Numbered from the stretch's first letter, positions 22,980-35,014 are shown. The stretch: DNA of 64,000 nucleotides from an uncultured Verrucomicrobiae bacterium (GCA_963726745.1 CAVSDR010000002.1:192001-256000), one strand, 5' to 3'. A program made the numbers and translations. Notes: generated by a model from the sequence alone, not told the origin.

Positions 22980-25166
22980 CTACCAGATGCTCACGATCTG
23001 GTCCGCCGGACGCACCATCGGGCAGTTATCCGGCAAGCCGAAGGCTTGCTTGAATGCCGGAGTGTTCGAGAGCGGGCCATTTGCGCGATACTTACCCGGC
23101 GAGTGCGGGTCGGTATTCAGGCGCAGCTTGAGCGCTTCGTCGCGCATGTTTGCCCGCCAGACTTGCGCCCAGCCGAGAAAGAAACGCTGCTCTGGCGTAA
23201 AGCCGTCGATCTTTTCCTGCGGCTTATCCTTCAGCGCCTTTTGCAGCGCGGCGAAGGCCAGCTTGACGCCGCCATCATCTGCGATGTTCTCGCCCTGGGT
23301 CAGCTCGCCGTTAATGTGCATCCCGGGGAGCGGCTCGTAGGCGGCATATTGTTTCACGATCTTATCGGCGCGTTCCTTGTATTTCTCGGCCGATTCCTTG
23401 GTCCACCAATCGCGCAGATTACCTTCCGCATCGTATTGCCGGCCCTGGTCGTCGAAGCCATGGCTGATCTCATGGGCGATGACCGCGCCGATGCCGCCGT
23501 AGTTGATCGCGTCGTCTGCGTTCGCATTAAAGAACGGCGGCTGGAGGATGCCGGCCGGGAAGACGATTTCGTTCATGTTCGGGTTGTAGTAGGCGTTCAC
23601 CGTTGGCGGCGTCATGCCCCACTCATTACGATCAACCGGCTGGCCGATTTTTTTGAGCTCGCGATTGGTTTCGAACTTGGCCGCGCGCATTGCATTCAAG
23701 ACAAACGGGCCGCGATCGATCTCCAGCGCGGAGTAATCGCGCCACTTGTCCGGGTAACCGATCTTGACCGTGAAAGCCGCGAGTTTCTTGAGCGCCTCGG
23801 CCTTGGTCTTCTCGTCCATCCAGTCGCGCGACTTGATGCTATCGGCCATGGCGGATTGCACGTTCTTGACCAACTCGATCATGCGCGCCTTGGATTCCGG
23901 CGGGAAGTTATCGGCCACATAGATTTTGCCGAGGGCTTCGCCGAGCGCCTGGTCGGTCGAGGTGACGACGCGTTTCCAGCGCGGCTTGAGTTCCTTCGTG
24001 CCGGTGAGGGTCTTGCCGAAGAACTCGAAGTTCTCGTTCACGAAGTTGCTGGCTAATTCCGGCGCGGTCGCGTGGACCAGGTGCCAGCGGAGATAAGTCT
24101 TCCAGTCTTCCAGCGGAGTCTTGGCGAAGACGGTATTCGCCGCCTTGAAGAAGTCCGGCTGGCCGACGTTGATGTCGGCCGGTTCGGCCAGGTCGATCGC
24201 CTTGAAGTAAGACTTCCAGTTCCAGTCCGGGGTTAGCTTTTGCAAGCCGGCCACGTCGACTTTGTTGTAGTTCTTCTGCGGGTCGCGCAGCTCCACGCGG
24301 GTGCGGGCCGGCTTCGCCAGCGAAGTCTCCAGGGCCATGACCTTCTTCGCGTCCGCGCCGGCTTTGTCCGCCGGTTCGCCGAGAAGCGTGAGCATCTTGG
24401 TCATGTGGGCGACGTATTGCTCGCGCAGTTTCTTCGAGGCTTCGTCTTCCTTGGTGTAGTAATCGCGATCCGGCAGGCCGAGCCCGCCCTGGTAAGCCTG
24501 GGCGATGACCATCTTGCTATTCTTATCGTCCTGCCCGGAGGTGAAGCCGAAGAAGGCACTTACGCCGAGGGAATGCAGATGCGCGATCTCCTGGAGGAGG
24601 TCTTCCTTCGTCTTGATCGCCTCGATCTTTGCCAATTCGTCGGCTAACGGCTTCGCGCCTGCTTCATCGATCGCTTTTTCGTCCATCCCGCTGGCGTAGT
24701 AGTCGCCTACCTTCTTCACGTCGGGCTCGGACGCGGCCTGACCGGCAGCGGCTTTCTCCGCGGCGACTTTGAGCGCGGCGTTATTTTTCTCGATCAACTC
24801 ATTGAAGCTGCCCCAGCGCGATTCTTCCGGCGGGATGGGGTTGTTCTTCAGCCAGGTGCCGTTGGCGTAGGTGTAGAAATCCTCGGAAGGCTTCACCGAG
24901 GTATCCATGTTCTTGAGGTCGAAGGCGGGCGCGTTCTTGCTCGGGGTCGCGGCCGCGGCAGCAGCGTCATTCCCCGCGGTGACTTTCTCGGGAATGGTCG
25001 CGGGCGGGGGGATTTGATCGCCGCTCGGCGGTTGCGAAGGCTTGTGGACTTGCGGCGGCGGGGTGGCGCTGCCGATGGGCTGGGCGTTTTTCTGTGGCTC
25101 GCTCTGCGCCTGCACCGAGCAGGTGAGAGCAACGCTCGCCAGAAGAAGCGAGGTGGTTTTGAACAT
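22980..25166 (-). CDS. M13 family (neprilysin/PepO-like) zinc metallopeptidase, secreted
   Basis: VNAYY, HEISHGFD, GENIAD, DPHSP motifs; signal peptide. Confidence 0.96.
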   Translation of the reverse strand: MFKTTSLLLASVALTCSVQAQSEPQKNAQPIGSATPPPQVHKPSQPPSGDQIPPPATIPEKVTAGNDAAAAAATPSKNAPAFDLKNMDTSVKPSEDFYTYANGTWLKNNPIPPEESRWGSFNELIEKNNAALKVAAEKAAAGQAASEPDVKKVGDYYASGMDEKAIDEAGAKPLADELAKIEAIKTKEDLLQEIAHLHSLGVSAFFGFTSGQDDKNSKMVIAQAYQGGLGLPDRDYYTKEDEASKKLREQYVAHMTKMLTLLGEPADKAGADAKKVMALETSLAKPARTRVELRDPQKNYNKVDVAGLQKLTPDWNWKSYFKAIDLAEPADINVGQPDFFKAANTVFAKTPLEDWKTYLRWHLVHATAPELASNFVNENFEFFGKTLTGTKELKPRWKRVVTSTDQALGEALGKIYVADNFPPESKARMIELVKNVQSAMADSIKSRDWMDEKTKAEALKKLAAFTVKIGYPDKWRDYSALEIDRGPFVLNAMRAAKFETNRELKKIGQPVDRNEWGMTPPTVNAYYNPNMNEIVFPAGILQPPFFNANADDAINYGGIGAVIAHEISHGFDDQGRQYDAEGNLRDWWTKESAEKYKERADKIVKQYAAYEPLPGMHINGELTQGENIADDGGVKLAFAALQKALKDKPQEKIDGFTPEQRFFLGWAQVWRANMRDEALKLRLNTDPHSPGKYRANGPLSNTPAFKQAFGLPDNCPMVRPADQIVSIW

Positions 25167-25268
25167 CGCCTAACAAACCGTGGACGCGGGACCTTGTCCA
25201 ATCGCCCCGCGACCGGGCCTGATGCAATCCGTTGTCAGCTTGGTCCGCGTGTTGCATAATACGCGTTC

Positions 25269-26717
25269 ATGCATTGGGCCCGGCAGATCATTTTCCTCCT
25301 CCTTCTGGGCGCGTGCTCCGTCGTCGGGTCGGCTTTCGGCGCGGCTGACTGGAAGGTGGTCAAGGTTTCCGGCTGGGATTACCTCTCGGTCGAGAACGTG
25401 GCCCGCTTCTACGGCTTTGCCGGGAGCGTCGAGCCGATCAATCGCACCGTGCGCCTCGATAACGGCGCCAACCAGCTCGAGGTCACGCTCGACAGCCGCG
25501 AAGCGATCGTGAACGGCGTGCGCAATTGGCTTTGCTTCCCGGTGATCGAGCGCGAGGGGAAATATCTCATCTCCCGGATCGACCTCGCGAAAACGATCGA
25601 GCCGCAATTCCGCCCGCACATGATCCGGAATCTCGGGCGCCTGAAGACGGTGGTGATCGACCCCGGCCATGGCGGCCCGGAGAACGGCGCCGGCAGCAGC
25701 TTCGGCCGCGAAAAAGATTTCACCCTCGACGTCGCGAAGAAGCTCAAGCCGCTCCTGGAAGCGCGCGGCCTGCGCGTGGTCATGACCCGCGATCGCGATG
25801 AGCTCGTGCCACTGCCGGAGCGCGCCAGAATAGCCAACAACACGCGCGACAGCGTCTTCGTGAGCATTCATTTCAACGCCACCGATTACAACTCCAGCGC
25901 CACCGGCTTTGAGATCTACTCGCTCACCCCGCGCGGCGCTCCCTCCACGCAGGATAACGCGATGCTCTCGCACTTCGTGAACATGCAGGCCGGGAGCGCA
26001 GTCGATGCGAACAGCCTGGTCCTTTCCACTTCCGTCTACCACGCGATGCTCGGCTACCTCCCGGAGTTCGACCGCGGGATCAAGCGCGCCCGCTTCGCCG
26101 TGCTCCGGCTCACCAACATCCCGGCGATCTTGGTGGAGGGCGGATTCCTCACGGAACGCGACGAGAGCAAGGAGATCGCCGATGCGCAGTGGCGCACCAA
26201 GCTCGCGGAAGCGATCGCCACCGGGATCGATGGCTACCGCAACTTGCTCGAGAAGAAACAGCGTCCGCTGCTCCTGGCGGATTATCGCCGGCAATTCGAG
26301 GGCGTCCTGGTGGCGCGCGATGCCACCGCGCCGCTGCCCGGGTCGACACCGCCGGTCTTCCCCGCGAGCAACCCCGCCGTGGGCGCGCAGGTGACGCAGC
26401 CGCTGCACCGCCAGCCTTCGCCGCAGATCACGGTCACGCCCGAGATGGCGGCTGCGCTCGAGTCCGCGCCCAGCCACGAAGGGGACGAGGGCGTCGAGTC
26501 CGCGGAGGTCGCGGCTAATGCGGCCACGCCAGCCCCGGTGGAAATAGCCGACGAGATGCCTACGGCGGCCGCCGCGCCGGAGACTCCGGCGGCCACGGCG
26601 CCGACCCCGGAGATCCCGATCGTCTGGAAGGACGAGGCCGCGCCGGCGGCAGCGGCGCCAATGGTGCGTCGCTCCTGGGTGCTGAAATTCGATCCGCCGC
26701 CGAAGTTCCGGGAATAG
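25269..26717 (+). CDS. N-acetylmuramoyl-L-alanine amidase with N-terminal accessory domain and Pro/Ala tail
   Basis: VIDPGHGG, EKDFTL, SIHFNA, LVEGGFLT motifs. Confidence 0.92.
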   Translation: MHWARQIIFLLLLGACSVVGSAFGAADWKVVKVSGWDYLSVENVARFYGFAGSVEPINRTVRLDNGANQLEVTLDSREAIVNGVRNWLCFPVIEREGKYLISRIDLAKTIEPQFRPHMIRNLGRLKTVVIDPGHGGPENGAGSSFGREKDFTLDVAKKLKPLLEARGLRVVMTRDRDELVPLPERARIANNTRDSVFVSIHFNATDYNSSATGFEIYSLTPRGAPSTQDNAMLSHFVNMQAGSAVDANSLVLSTSVYHAMLGYLPEFDRGIKRARFAVLRLTNIPAILVEGGFLTERDESKEIADAQWRTKLAEAIATGIDGYRNLLEKKQRPLLLADYRRQFEGVLVARDATAPLPGSTPPVFPASNPAVGAQVTQPLHRQPSPQITVTPEMAAALESAPSHEGDEGVESAEVAANAATPAPVEIADEMPTAAAAPETPAATAPTPEIPIVWKDEAAPAAAAPMVRRSWVLKFDPPPKFRE

Positions 26718-26817
26718 CCGGCATTCTCTCCGGCCATGCTCGGCCGGATTCTCCAGCGTTGACGCTGCGGGTCGGCGTTCGTTAGGCTGAGCGCTCAGAC
26801 TCAACCAAAGGAGAACC

Positions 26818-27255
26818 ATGAAAAAACTGATCTCTGTCGCAGCGCTTCTGCTGCTTACTGCCATCCCGGCCGCCTTGGCCGCGCCCGACGCCGCCGCCAT
26901 TGAAGCCAAGGAGAAGGCTGCCTGGGAAGCCTTCAAGGACAAGAAAGCCGACGACTTTAAGAAGGTCGTCGATCACGACCTGGTCGCGGTTTACTCCGAC
27001 GGCATCGCCGACATGGCGAAGGAACTGTCCGACATGCAGAAGTGGGACATGAAATCGTGCGCCATCAGCGATTTCAAATCGCACTCGGACGAGAAGGACG
27101 TCGTCGTCACCTCCTACAAGGTGACCATCCAGGGAACGATGGATGGCAAGGATGCTTCCGGCGTCTACCACGCTGGCACGGTCTGGAAACAGGAGAACGG
27201 CCAGTGGCTGGCCATTTTCCACACCAATGTAAGAGCGGACGCGCCCGCGAAGTAG
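26818..27255 (+). CDS. DUF4440/SnoaL-like (NTF2 fold) secreted protein
   Basis: Signal peptide; EKAAWEAFK..., VWKQENGQWLAIFH; GGAG RBS upstream. Confidence 0.8.
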   Translation: MKKLISVAALLLLTAIPAALAAPDAAAIEAKEKAAWEAFKDKKADDFKKVVDHDLVAVYSDGIADMAKELSDMQKWDMKSCAISDFKSHSDEKDVVVTSYKVTIQGTMDGKDASGVYHAGTVWKQENGQWLAIFHTNVRADAPAK

Positions 27256-27354
27256 CGCCCCGCCCATCGACTCTCGATGCCGCCGCACGCAGCGTTTCTT
27301 GCGCTGCGTGCGGGGCATTGACTTCCCCCGCGGTGTCCCGCATCGTGCGGGAAC

Positions 27355-27445
27355 AACTGCGGGGGAGCCAATGGCTGAGAGTTCGGCGAGCAATTCGCCG
27401 GAGACCCTTTAAACCTGAAGCGGGTAATGCCGCCGTAGGGAGCGA
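27355..27445 (+). promoter_or_regulatory. TPP (THI) riboswitch aptamer
   Basis: GGGGAGCC..GGCTGAGA...GACCC..AACCTGA..GGTAATGCC.CGTAGGGA consensus directly upstream of thiC. Confidence 0.93.
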
Positions 27446-27463
27446 AGAGTTCGGATTTTTCAG

Positions 27464-27496
27464 GCCATGCGTTTCTCGCGCATGGCTTTTTGTTTT
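27464..27496 (+). terminator. Riboswitch expression-platform terminator
   Basis: GCCATGCG/CGCATGGC stem followed by TTTTTGTTTT. Confidence 0.8.
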
Positions 27497-27515
27497 GAAA
27501 TCGAAGGCAGAAACG

Positions 27516-27585
27516 AATTTGGAAACCACAAATCCAGAAAAGAGAATCTGCCTTCCTCCATTTCTGGTTTCCTGGCTTCCAAATT
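27516..27585. repeat. Inverted repeat element (TTCCAAATT family)
   Basis: AATTTGGAAACCACAAATCCAGAAA ... TTTCTGGTTTCCTGGCTTCCAAATT; same family at 60012-60245. Confidence 0.7.
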
Positions 27586-27597
27586 AATCCTCCTCTT

Positions 27598-29609
<2,012 letters not shown>

Positions 29610-29618
29610 TCTGTCCGG

Positions 29619-29663
29619 GTAGCGGTCGCCGCGGCGACCTGGTGACGGCGCCCTCGCCGTCAC
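29619..29663. repeat. GTAG-led double hairpin (REP-like)
   Basis: GTAG C GGTCGCC-GC-GGCGACC T G GTGACGGCG-CCCT-CGCCGTCAC. Confidence 0.5.
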
Positions 29664-29688
29664 GAACTCTTATCGATAGCCTGACGCA

Positions 29689-29991
29689 GTGACTGATTCA
29701 GCAATTTCAAAGAACGGATTGGCGATCCGCCTCACCGATGAGCGTTGGGTTCACATCACCGAAGAACATGCCGAACTTGCCGGTCATCGTCTCGAAGTTC
29801 TCGAAGCGATTGCCGAACCCGAGCGAATCGTCGCCGGGAACGAACGCGAACTGTTAGCGATCCGAACACAGCAGGATGGTAAGATAATGGTCGTCGTGTA
29901 TCGTGAGCTGTCGAACGACGGCTTTGTGATTACCGCATTTATGACGCGACGCGCAGCATCGCTGAACCGGAGGACGCAGATATGGCCATAA
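29689..29991 (+). CDS. Putative toxin (RelE/BECR-like ribonuclease fold)
   Basis: IRLTDERWVHITEEH...VVVYRE..DGFVITAF pattern; overlaps the DUF2283 gene. Confidence 0.65.
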   Translation: MTDSAISKNGLAIRLTDERWVHITEEHAELAGHRLEVLEAIAEPERIVAGNERELLAIRTQQDGKIMVVVYRELSNDGFVITAFMTRRAASLNRRTQIWP

Positions 29992-30209
29992 CGGAGATCA
30001 ACGAATTTCTAAAAATCGTGCCCGCGGTGATGCGGTCGCCTGGCAACTACCTTTGGTCGTCCTACGACGCAGAGGCCGACGTGCTCTACATCAACTTTAA
30101 AAAACCAAGTCACGCCACCGACAGCGATCTGACTGAGAACGATGTGATCGTTCGCTACGAAAACGAGGCTGTCGTTGGTCTGACCGTGCTGCACGCAAGC
30201 AAACGTTAA
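29982..30209 (+). CDS. DUF2283 family protein (putative antitoxin)
   Basis: YDAEADVLYI..., VVGLTVLHASK motif. Confidence 0.85.
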   Translation: MAITEINEFLKIVPAVMRSPGNYLWSSYDAEADVLYINFKKPSHATDSDLTENDVIVRYENEAVVGLTVLHASKR

Positions 30210-30214
30210 TCCAC

Positions 30215-30640
30215 TTGAGAGCCGTGAAGAACAAAGGCTCCGCGAAAGAAGCAAAAAGCGATGACTTCATCGTGGCGGCGGAGCGCGCCTTCGCTCGCGT
30301 TGCCCGCAACCTCCGCGCTGAAGATCGTGCGCTGAGCGGGAAGATTGGGAATCCGCTAAAAGTGCCGTTCGGCACCGCAAAGTTCTGCCGCCTGCGGAAT
30401 GCGCGCTACCTGACGTGGCGAGACGCGTTCGAAGTCGAGTTCGAGGACGGCATCGCGTTTCTGGAGACACACCAAGCGATCCGCAGGGCAAACAAAATCA
30501 AACGCAATGCATCGCCCGTTCAAGTGAAGCTAGAACGGCAGCTGCGCAGCGGCTTCTTTGTGCATTACGACAACGGCCAAACGGCCGAAGTCTCATGGTC
30601 CTTCATCCGCGAGCTGGCGCCGAAGGATCGGAACAAGTGA
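30215..30640 (+). CDS. Hypothetical protein
   Basis: 141 aa ORF co-oriented 5 bp after DUF2283; no clear family. Confidence 0.5.
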   Translation: MRAVKNKGSAKEAKSDDFIVAAERAFARVARNLRAEDRALSGKIGNPLKVPFGTAKFCRLRNARYLTWRDAFEVEFEDGIAFLETHQAIRRANKIKRNASPVQVKLERQLRSGFFVHYDNGQTAEVSWSFIRELAPKDRNK

Positions 30641-30660
30641 TGCCGTCTCTGTCCGCCAAC

Positions 30661-31584
30661 TCACGCGTTAGCCCTAATTTTGTTAAGCCGTCCCTGAACG
30701 AAAGGAAAATCACAGGGAGAAATGGATGATTGAAGTTTTGCAAACTCAATCGTGGTAATCATCTTAGCGATCATCGCCTCGTGGATGAGATTCACGCTGT
30801 CGGCTATTTGCTGCAGTGAACTAAAGATACCGCGCGCATCGATTTGCGAGCTCAGGAATGTGTCAATGTCCCGGTAGTTCGCCTTGATTCGCTTTCTATA
30901 GAGCAAGCTTAGGAGAGACGTCCGGCCGAGGCGCTCTGAAACCTGTAACCAATCGTGTTGATCGAACTCACGCTTCCGTTTTCCTCCTTTAGTAACAAGT
31001 TTCAAATCTTTCTTCTTTTCGCCCAGATTCTGCTTCCGCGTTCCACTAAGAAAGCAAGCAATCATCTTGTCGGCTGTTTCCAAGTTGTACGGTTTGGTAA
31101 GCGTCGAGAATCCCGAGTCATGCAGAACTCCGCTGAAAATGCATGGTCTTCCAGATGCGAAGAAAGAGACCGACTGAGGATATTTCCCCTGCGCGACAAG
31201 CGAACCAAATTTTCGAATAACAGATGTATGGGACGATTCTGTGTATCCAGCGACTTTGAAATAGCCCAAGGCGATCGAGTAAATTGAGTAGTACGCCATA
31301 GGAAAACCCCACTGGAGGCCACTCTGCAAAGCATCAGCCGTTAGATTGGTGGCAGTCATTCGCAGCATTCGCTCTGTGTTCCAGCCATTGATTAAGTAAT
31401 TCTTAATCTCGCCTACATCAGCAGGCTGGCGAGGCGACAGTGAAAGGAAATGAGGTAGCTGGCGCAGTTCGCTCAGAACAGCATCGGGTTGAATCTTAAT
31501 CGCAAGCGCAGCAAACTCGTTGTTGGTGGTAATTGCAGCGTGATCCCGCTCGTCATAGATAGACTGTCCGATGATAAGAGGCAC
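30661..31584 (-). CDS. HEPN-like domain protein
   Basis: AYYSIY helix, SH..VIRKF, LYRKRIKANY (R-x-x-x-N/D-Y type HEPN signature); low GC. Confidence 0.6.
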   Translation of the reverse strand: MPLIIGQSIYDERDHAAITTNNEFAALAIKIQPDAVLSELRQLPHFLSLSPRQPADVGEIKNYLINGWNTERMLRMTATNLTADALQSGLQWGFPMAYYSIYSIALGYFKVAGYTESSHTSVIRKFGSLVAQGKYPQSVSFFASGRPCIFSGVLHDSGFSTLTKPYNLETADKMIACFLSGTRKQNLGEKKKDLKLVTKGGKRKREFDQHDWLQVSERLGRTSLLSLLYRKRIKANYRDIDTFLSSQIDARGIFSSLQQIADSVNLIHEAMIAKMITTIEFAKLQSSISPCDFPFVQGRLNKIRANA

Positions 31585-31657
31585 AATAACTTCGATCTTG
31601 GGCTAGGCGGCAACGCAACAGCGCGATTAGGGTTGGACCTATTGTAATGAATGATCG

Positions 31658-33161
31658 CTAGACCAATAATCCAACTAAAGTGGCGTTGACGTTCGTCTTA
31701 ACGATACTCGCCTGTTCAGGCACGAGGAGTTCAGAATTGGCCAATGCGAAGATTAAGTAGTCGAGAATAGCGACTACTTTTACATCGCCGGCGTGTTCCA
31801 AAAACTCGCGGTAGAACGGATGCTCACGATTATAGGTGACGGTGATCGTGCGACCCTCCTGCCTAACTAAATAGAACGGGCTTTGTTCTCCGTAATCCCC
31901 TTCGTCAAAAGCGACCTTCAGCCCCGAAACAGTTCGCAGATCCGTCACGTGTGCGGTGCGCGATTTATCGCCGGTTCCAGCCGAGTGCGTGCCTTTGCGT
32001 TTGCGCGGCGCTCGCTTCTCGATTAACGCTTGCGGCTTCGGGATAAGCGACGCACGTCGGGTGATGTTTGCTTCGGCGGTTGAATGGTCAATCTGACCTT
32101 TCTCGACGTTCGCACGGGCTCTCCCTTCACGCGCTGACTCAGTTATTAGGGCTTGGCTTGCCTGGCGAAGCTTGTCGAGAAAGCTTTGTGAAGGTTGAAT
32201 CGTCATCTTCTTCACGTCTGTGTGGAAATGTGCGTCTAGGGAACCGTCGAACGAAAGCTCCGCACGAAAGTGTGAAAAGTCCGGGTGCTTCTTGTAAAAG
32301 TCGAACGTGTGCGCATCCATGATCTCGCGATTGTTGCGCACGATGTAGAAGCCGGAATTCTGAGCGATGATTCCGGCGGCCTTATTTCCAGCGCCTCCGA
32401 AATCCGGTAGATCTACAACGCGTAGCGTAGCGCTTCCCTTCCCATCGATCGGAATTTCCGTATCAAGCACAAGTCGCGTTTTCGGGTCGCTCAGCATGAG
32501 CGGATCGATAGGTTCAACTACCTTGCCGTTGACGGTAATGGTAACGCCGCTCTTCAGGAACTTGCGAAAGACTTGTCCGAACCGGGATCGTAGCGTGTTT
32601 GCGAAGGTGCTCACATTTCGGTTACTGATCCGGTCGGTCTTGGAGAGCCGCACGCGCGTACCCTTTGTACAGACCAAAGCTTGCTTGCTGGCTTGCGGTA
32701 GCTTCGCCAATCCATTTAACGAAGCGGTTTTGCGCGGCTATCTCCTCAAGATCAAAGCCGCCGAAGAACAGCGCCCCGTCAATCTCCGTCGTTAAGACCT
32801 CAACGCGCTGTGACAACCCGATGGATGCCGTCACAAGTCCCATTCCAAACTTACCCAGATCTGCCGCGTCCCGTTCAGTGTCCGAACCAAGACGCAGAGC
32901 TTCGCTCAGCGTTTCTTCGTCCATGCCGGTCCCGTTATCATCGATAGTGATGATAATGTCGCCGTTCTCCTCCTTAATCGTGATGTCGATCTTCGTTGCA
33001 TGCGCATCGATAGGATTATCGGTGATGTCGAGTATCGACGAGTAGCTGTCGTATCCGAGTTCGCGCAACGCCTCCATTGTTCGGCGTGCATTTGGCTGGT
33101 TTTCCAGCAGACGGCTGGAAACTGCAGAGCGAGGCTCTGCACTTACATTAGTAGTGCTCAT
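31658..33161 (-). CDS. MORC-like GHKL ATPase (HATPase_c_3 + S5-like domain), frameshift near 32670-32700
   Basis: LRELGY, DITDNPIDA, IDDNGTGM, LGKFGMGL, KGTRV, GFYIVRNNREI, NREHPFY; GGAG RBS before ATG 33161. Confidence 0.88.
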
Positions 33162-33464
33162 ATATTCTCCTGCCTTCGATGGCCTAAGCGACCAAAGGAC
33201 TTGGTTTACTGTTTCTGATCATCCGATCATCACGATCGAATGAACGAGACGAAGAACGCACGCTGGCGTCGACTCGTCAAGCCCGCTCGAAATGTGACTC
33301 TCTCACACGCGAAATCGAATCGTCGTTTAATACACGCCAGCTCGTCGTGAACCGCAGTGATACGCGCTGCCTGTCTCATCGTGGGTAAAGCACTGTGCGG
33401 CTCCGGGTTTTACTAAATGAATCGGACCCTGGTCGTGGCGCTGCCCATCCGCGCGATCGCCGCT

Positions 33465-33839
33465 CTCAAAAAGCAGTGCGCTTGACCGGCGCGCAGCGGG
33501 CACTATCGAGGGCGGATGAACGAGACGAGGCGGACGCATCTCGAGGCCATCCCGCCGGTTCCGGCGATCCTCGGCGCCATCGTCAGCGTCCAAGCCGGCG
33601 CGGCGCTGGCCAAGGGCCTCTTTCCCGCGCTCGGGCCGATCGGAACGGTGGGGCTGCGGGTCGTCCTCTCCGCGATCATGCTCATGGCGGCGTTCCGTCC
33701 CGGGCTGCGCGCGTTGTCGCCGGCGCAGTGGCGGGCGGTGATTCCGTATGGCCTGATCCTCGGCACGATGAATATCGTTTTTTACCTTCCTCTCGCTCTC
33801 GCGGATCCCGCTCGGAGTCGCGGTCACGGTCGAGTTCAT
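33465..33839 (+). pseudogene. Truncated duplicate of the 5' end of the EamA gene at 35394
   Basis: Near-identical to about 35341-35713 including upstream sequence; identity stops at GTCGAGTTCAT. Confidence 0.85.
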
Positions 33840-33970
33840 ATCTTTCCGCTGCGACTCGGCGCAGCCGATTCGTTTCGACAGCAATGCTGGTCCGTTTGTC
33901 TTTGAACGCATCTAAAAGGCAAAAGTGGATCAGCCGTTCTTCATAGAACGCTTCGAGATAGCAGCGAGGT

Positions 33971-34033
33971 GGTCGACTCTCGCCGAAAGCAGGTCGGCTC
34001 TCGTCAAAAGCGGGCCGACTCTCATCAAAGGCG
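33971..34033. repeat. Three degenerate 21-bp tandem repeats
   Basis: GGTCGACTCTCGCCGAAAGCA / GGTCGGCTCTCGTCAAAAGCG / GGCCGACTCTCATCAAAGGCG. Confidence 0.75.
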
Positions 34034-34264
34034 GGCGGCGTCATTCGAAAGCAATCGAGATCGGACAAGGCGGATCATCCCGCTGGCCGGAATCTTGGCG
34101 TTTTTGTGCGGTGTAGTTTGTCGCGCTTTCTTCCAGCCGTGACTCCCAGCCCACCCGTGTGACGCACGAGCGATGGGAAGACAGCTTGTCGACAGGGGGA
34201 GTGGTTCCGCGTCGAAGCGATCTCGGGTACCGAAACCTCCCGGATGGTCTCAGTCCGCCGCGCT

Positions 34265-35014
34265 CTACGCGCGCCGTGCGCGCCGCCAACCGGCGAGACT
34301 CAGCAGCGAGATTCCTAAGAGAAGCATGCTGCTGCCGGTTTCAGGCGCGGCCGAGACCGTGTTGGTCACATTGAAGTTCAATTCACCCGTGGTGGTGCCG
34401 GGACCGTGCCGAGTAATTGCGACGCCGATGGTCAAGCCAAACGGGTTTGTGCTGGGAGAAAAGGATCCGCCCACCGAGTTTGCAAAAGGAGAGCTGAAAT
34501 TGGTAAAGGAGGCGAGAGGATTGGACAAATCAAGATTACCATTGGAGTTACCGCCCCAAGCCCCGGCGGTGACAGAGGAGCCCGTTCCGAGCGGCGGTTG
34601 AGTGCCTCCGAGAGTTAGCAAAAACGTGTTACCGGCGATGAAGCCGGTGTTACTCGCATACATGTAGAGAGTGTGCGTGCCGTTGTCGCTGGTGACGGCG
34701 CTGAAAGACAAATTAAGCTGCGGCTGTGAGGATGACCCGATCAACGGACTGCTTTGGGCTACGTTGGTCGCGATCGTAAAACCGCCTATGTTCAACCCAC
34801 CGGCGTTGATCTGACCGACTATGGCGGAGCCTGGAAAATTATCGCCCACTCCCTGGTCGACGACGATGACGTCGCCACCGCCGCTGCAGAGCGCGTCGTC
34901 GCAGATATAAACGATGAAGGCCGCACGGGCGTTCCCGCACACTCCGGCGAGACAGAACAAGGCGAAAAGCGCCCCGAGAGAGCGCGAAACGTTTGCGTTA
35001 TTTTTCTTATGCAT
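34265..35014 (-). CDS. PEP-CTERM/VPDSG-CTERM-like sorting domain protein
   Basis: Signal peptide ..ARA; C-terminal APETGSSMLLLGISLLSLAGWRRARR. Confidence 0.85.
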   Translation of the reverse strand: MHKKNNANVSRSLGALFALFCLAGVCGNARAAFIVYICDDALCSGGGDVIVVDQGVGDNFPGSAIVGQINAGGLNIGGFTIATNVAQSSPLIGSSSQPQLNLSFSAVTSDNGTHTLYMYASNTGFIAGNTFLLTLGGTQPPLGTGSSVTAGAWGGNSNGNLDLSNPLASFTNFSSPFANSVGGSFSPSTNPFGLTIGVAITRHGPGTTTGELNFNVTNTVSAAPETGSSMLLLGISLLSLAGWRRARRA

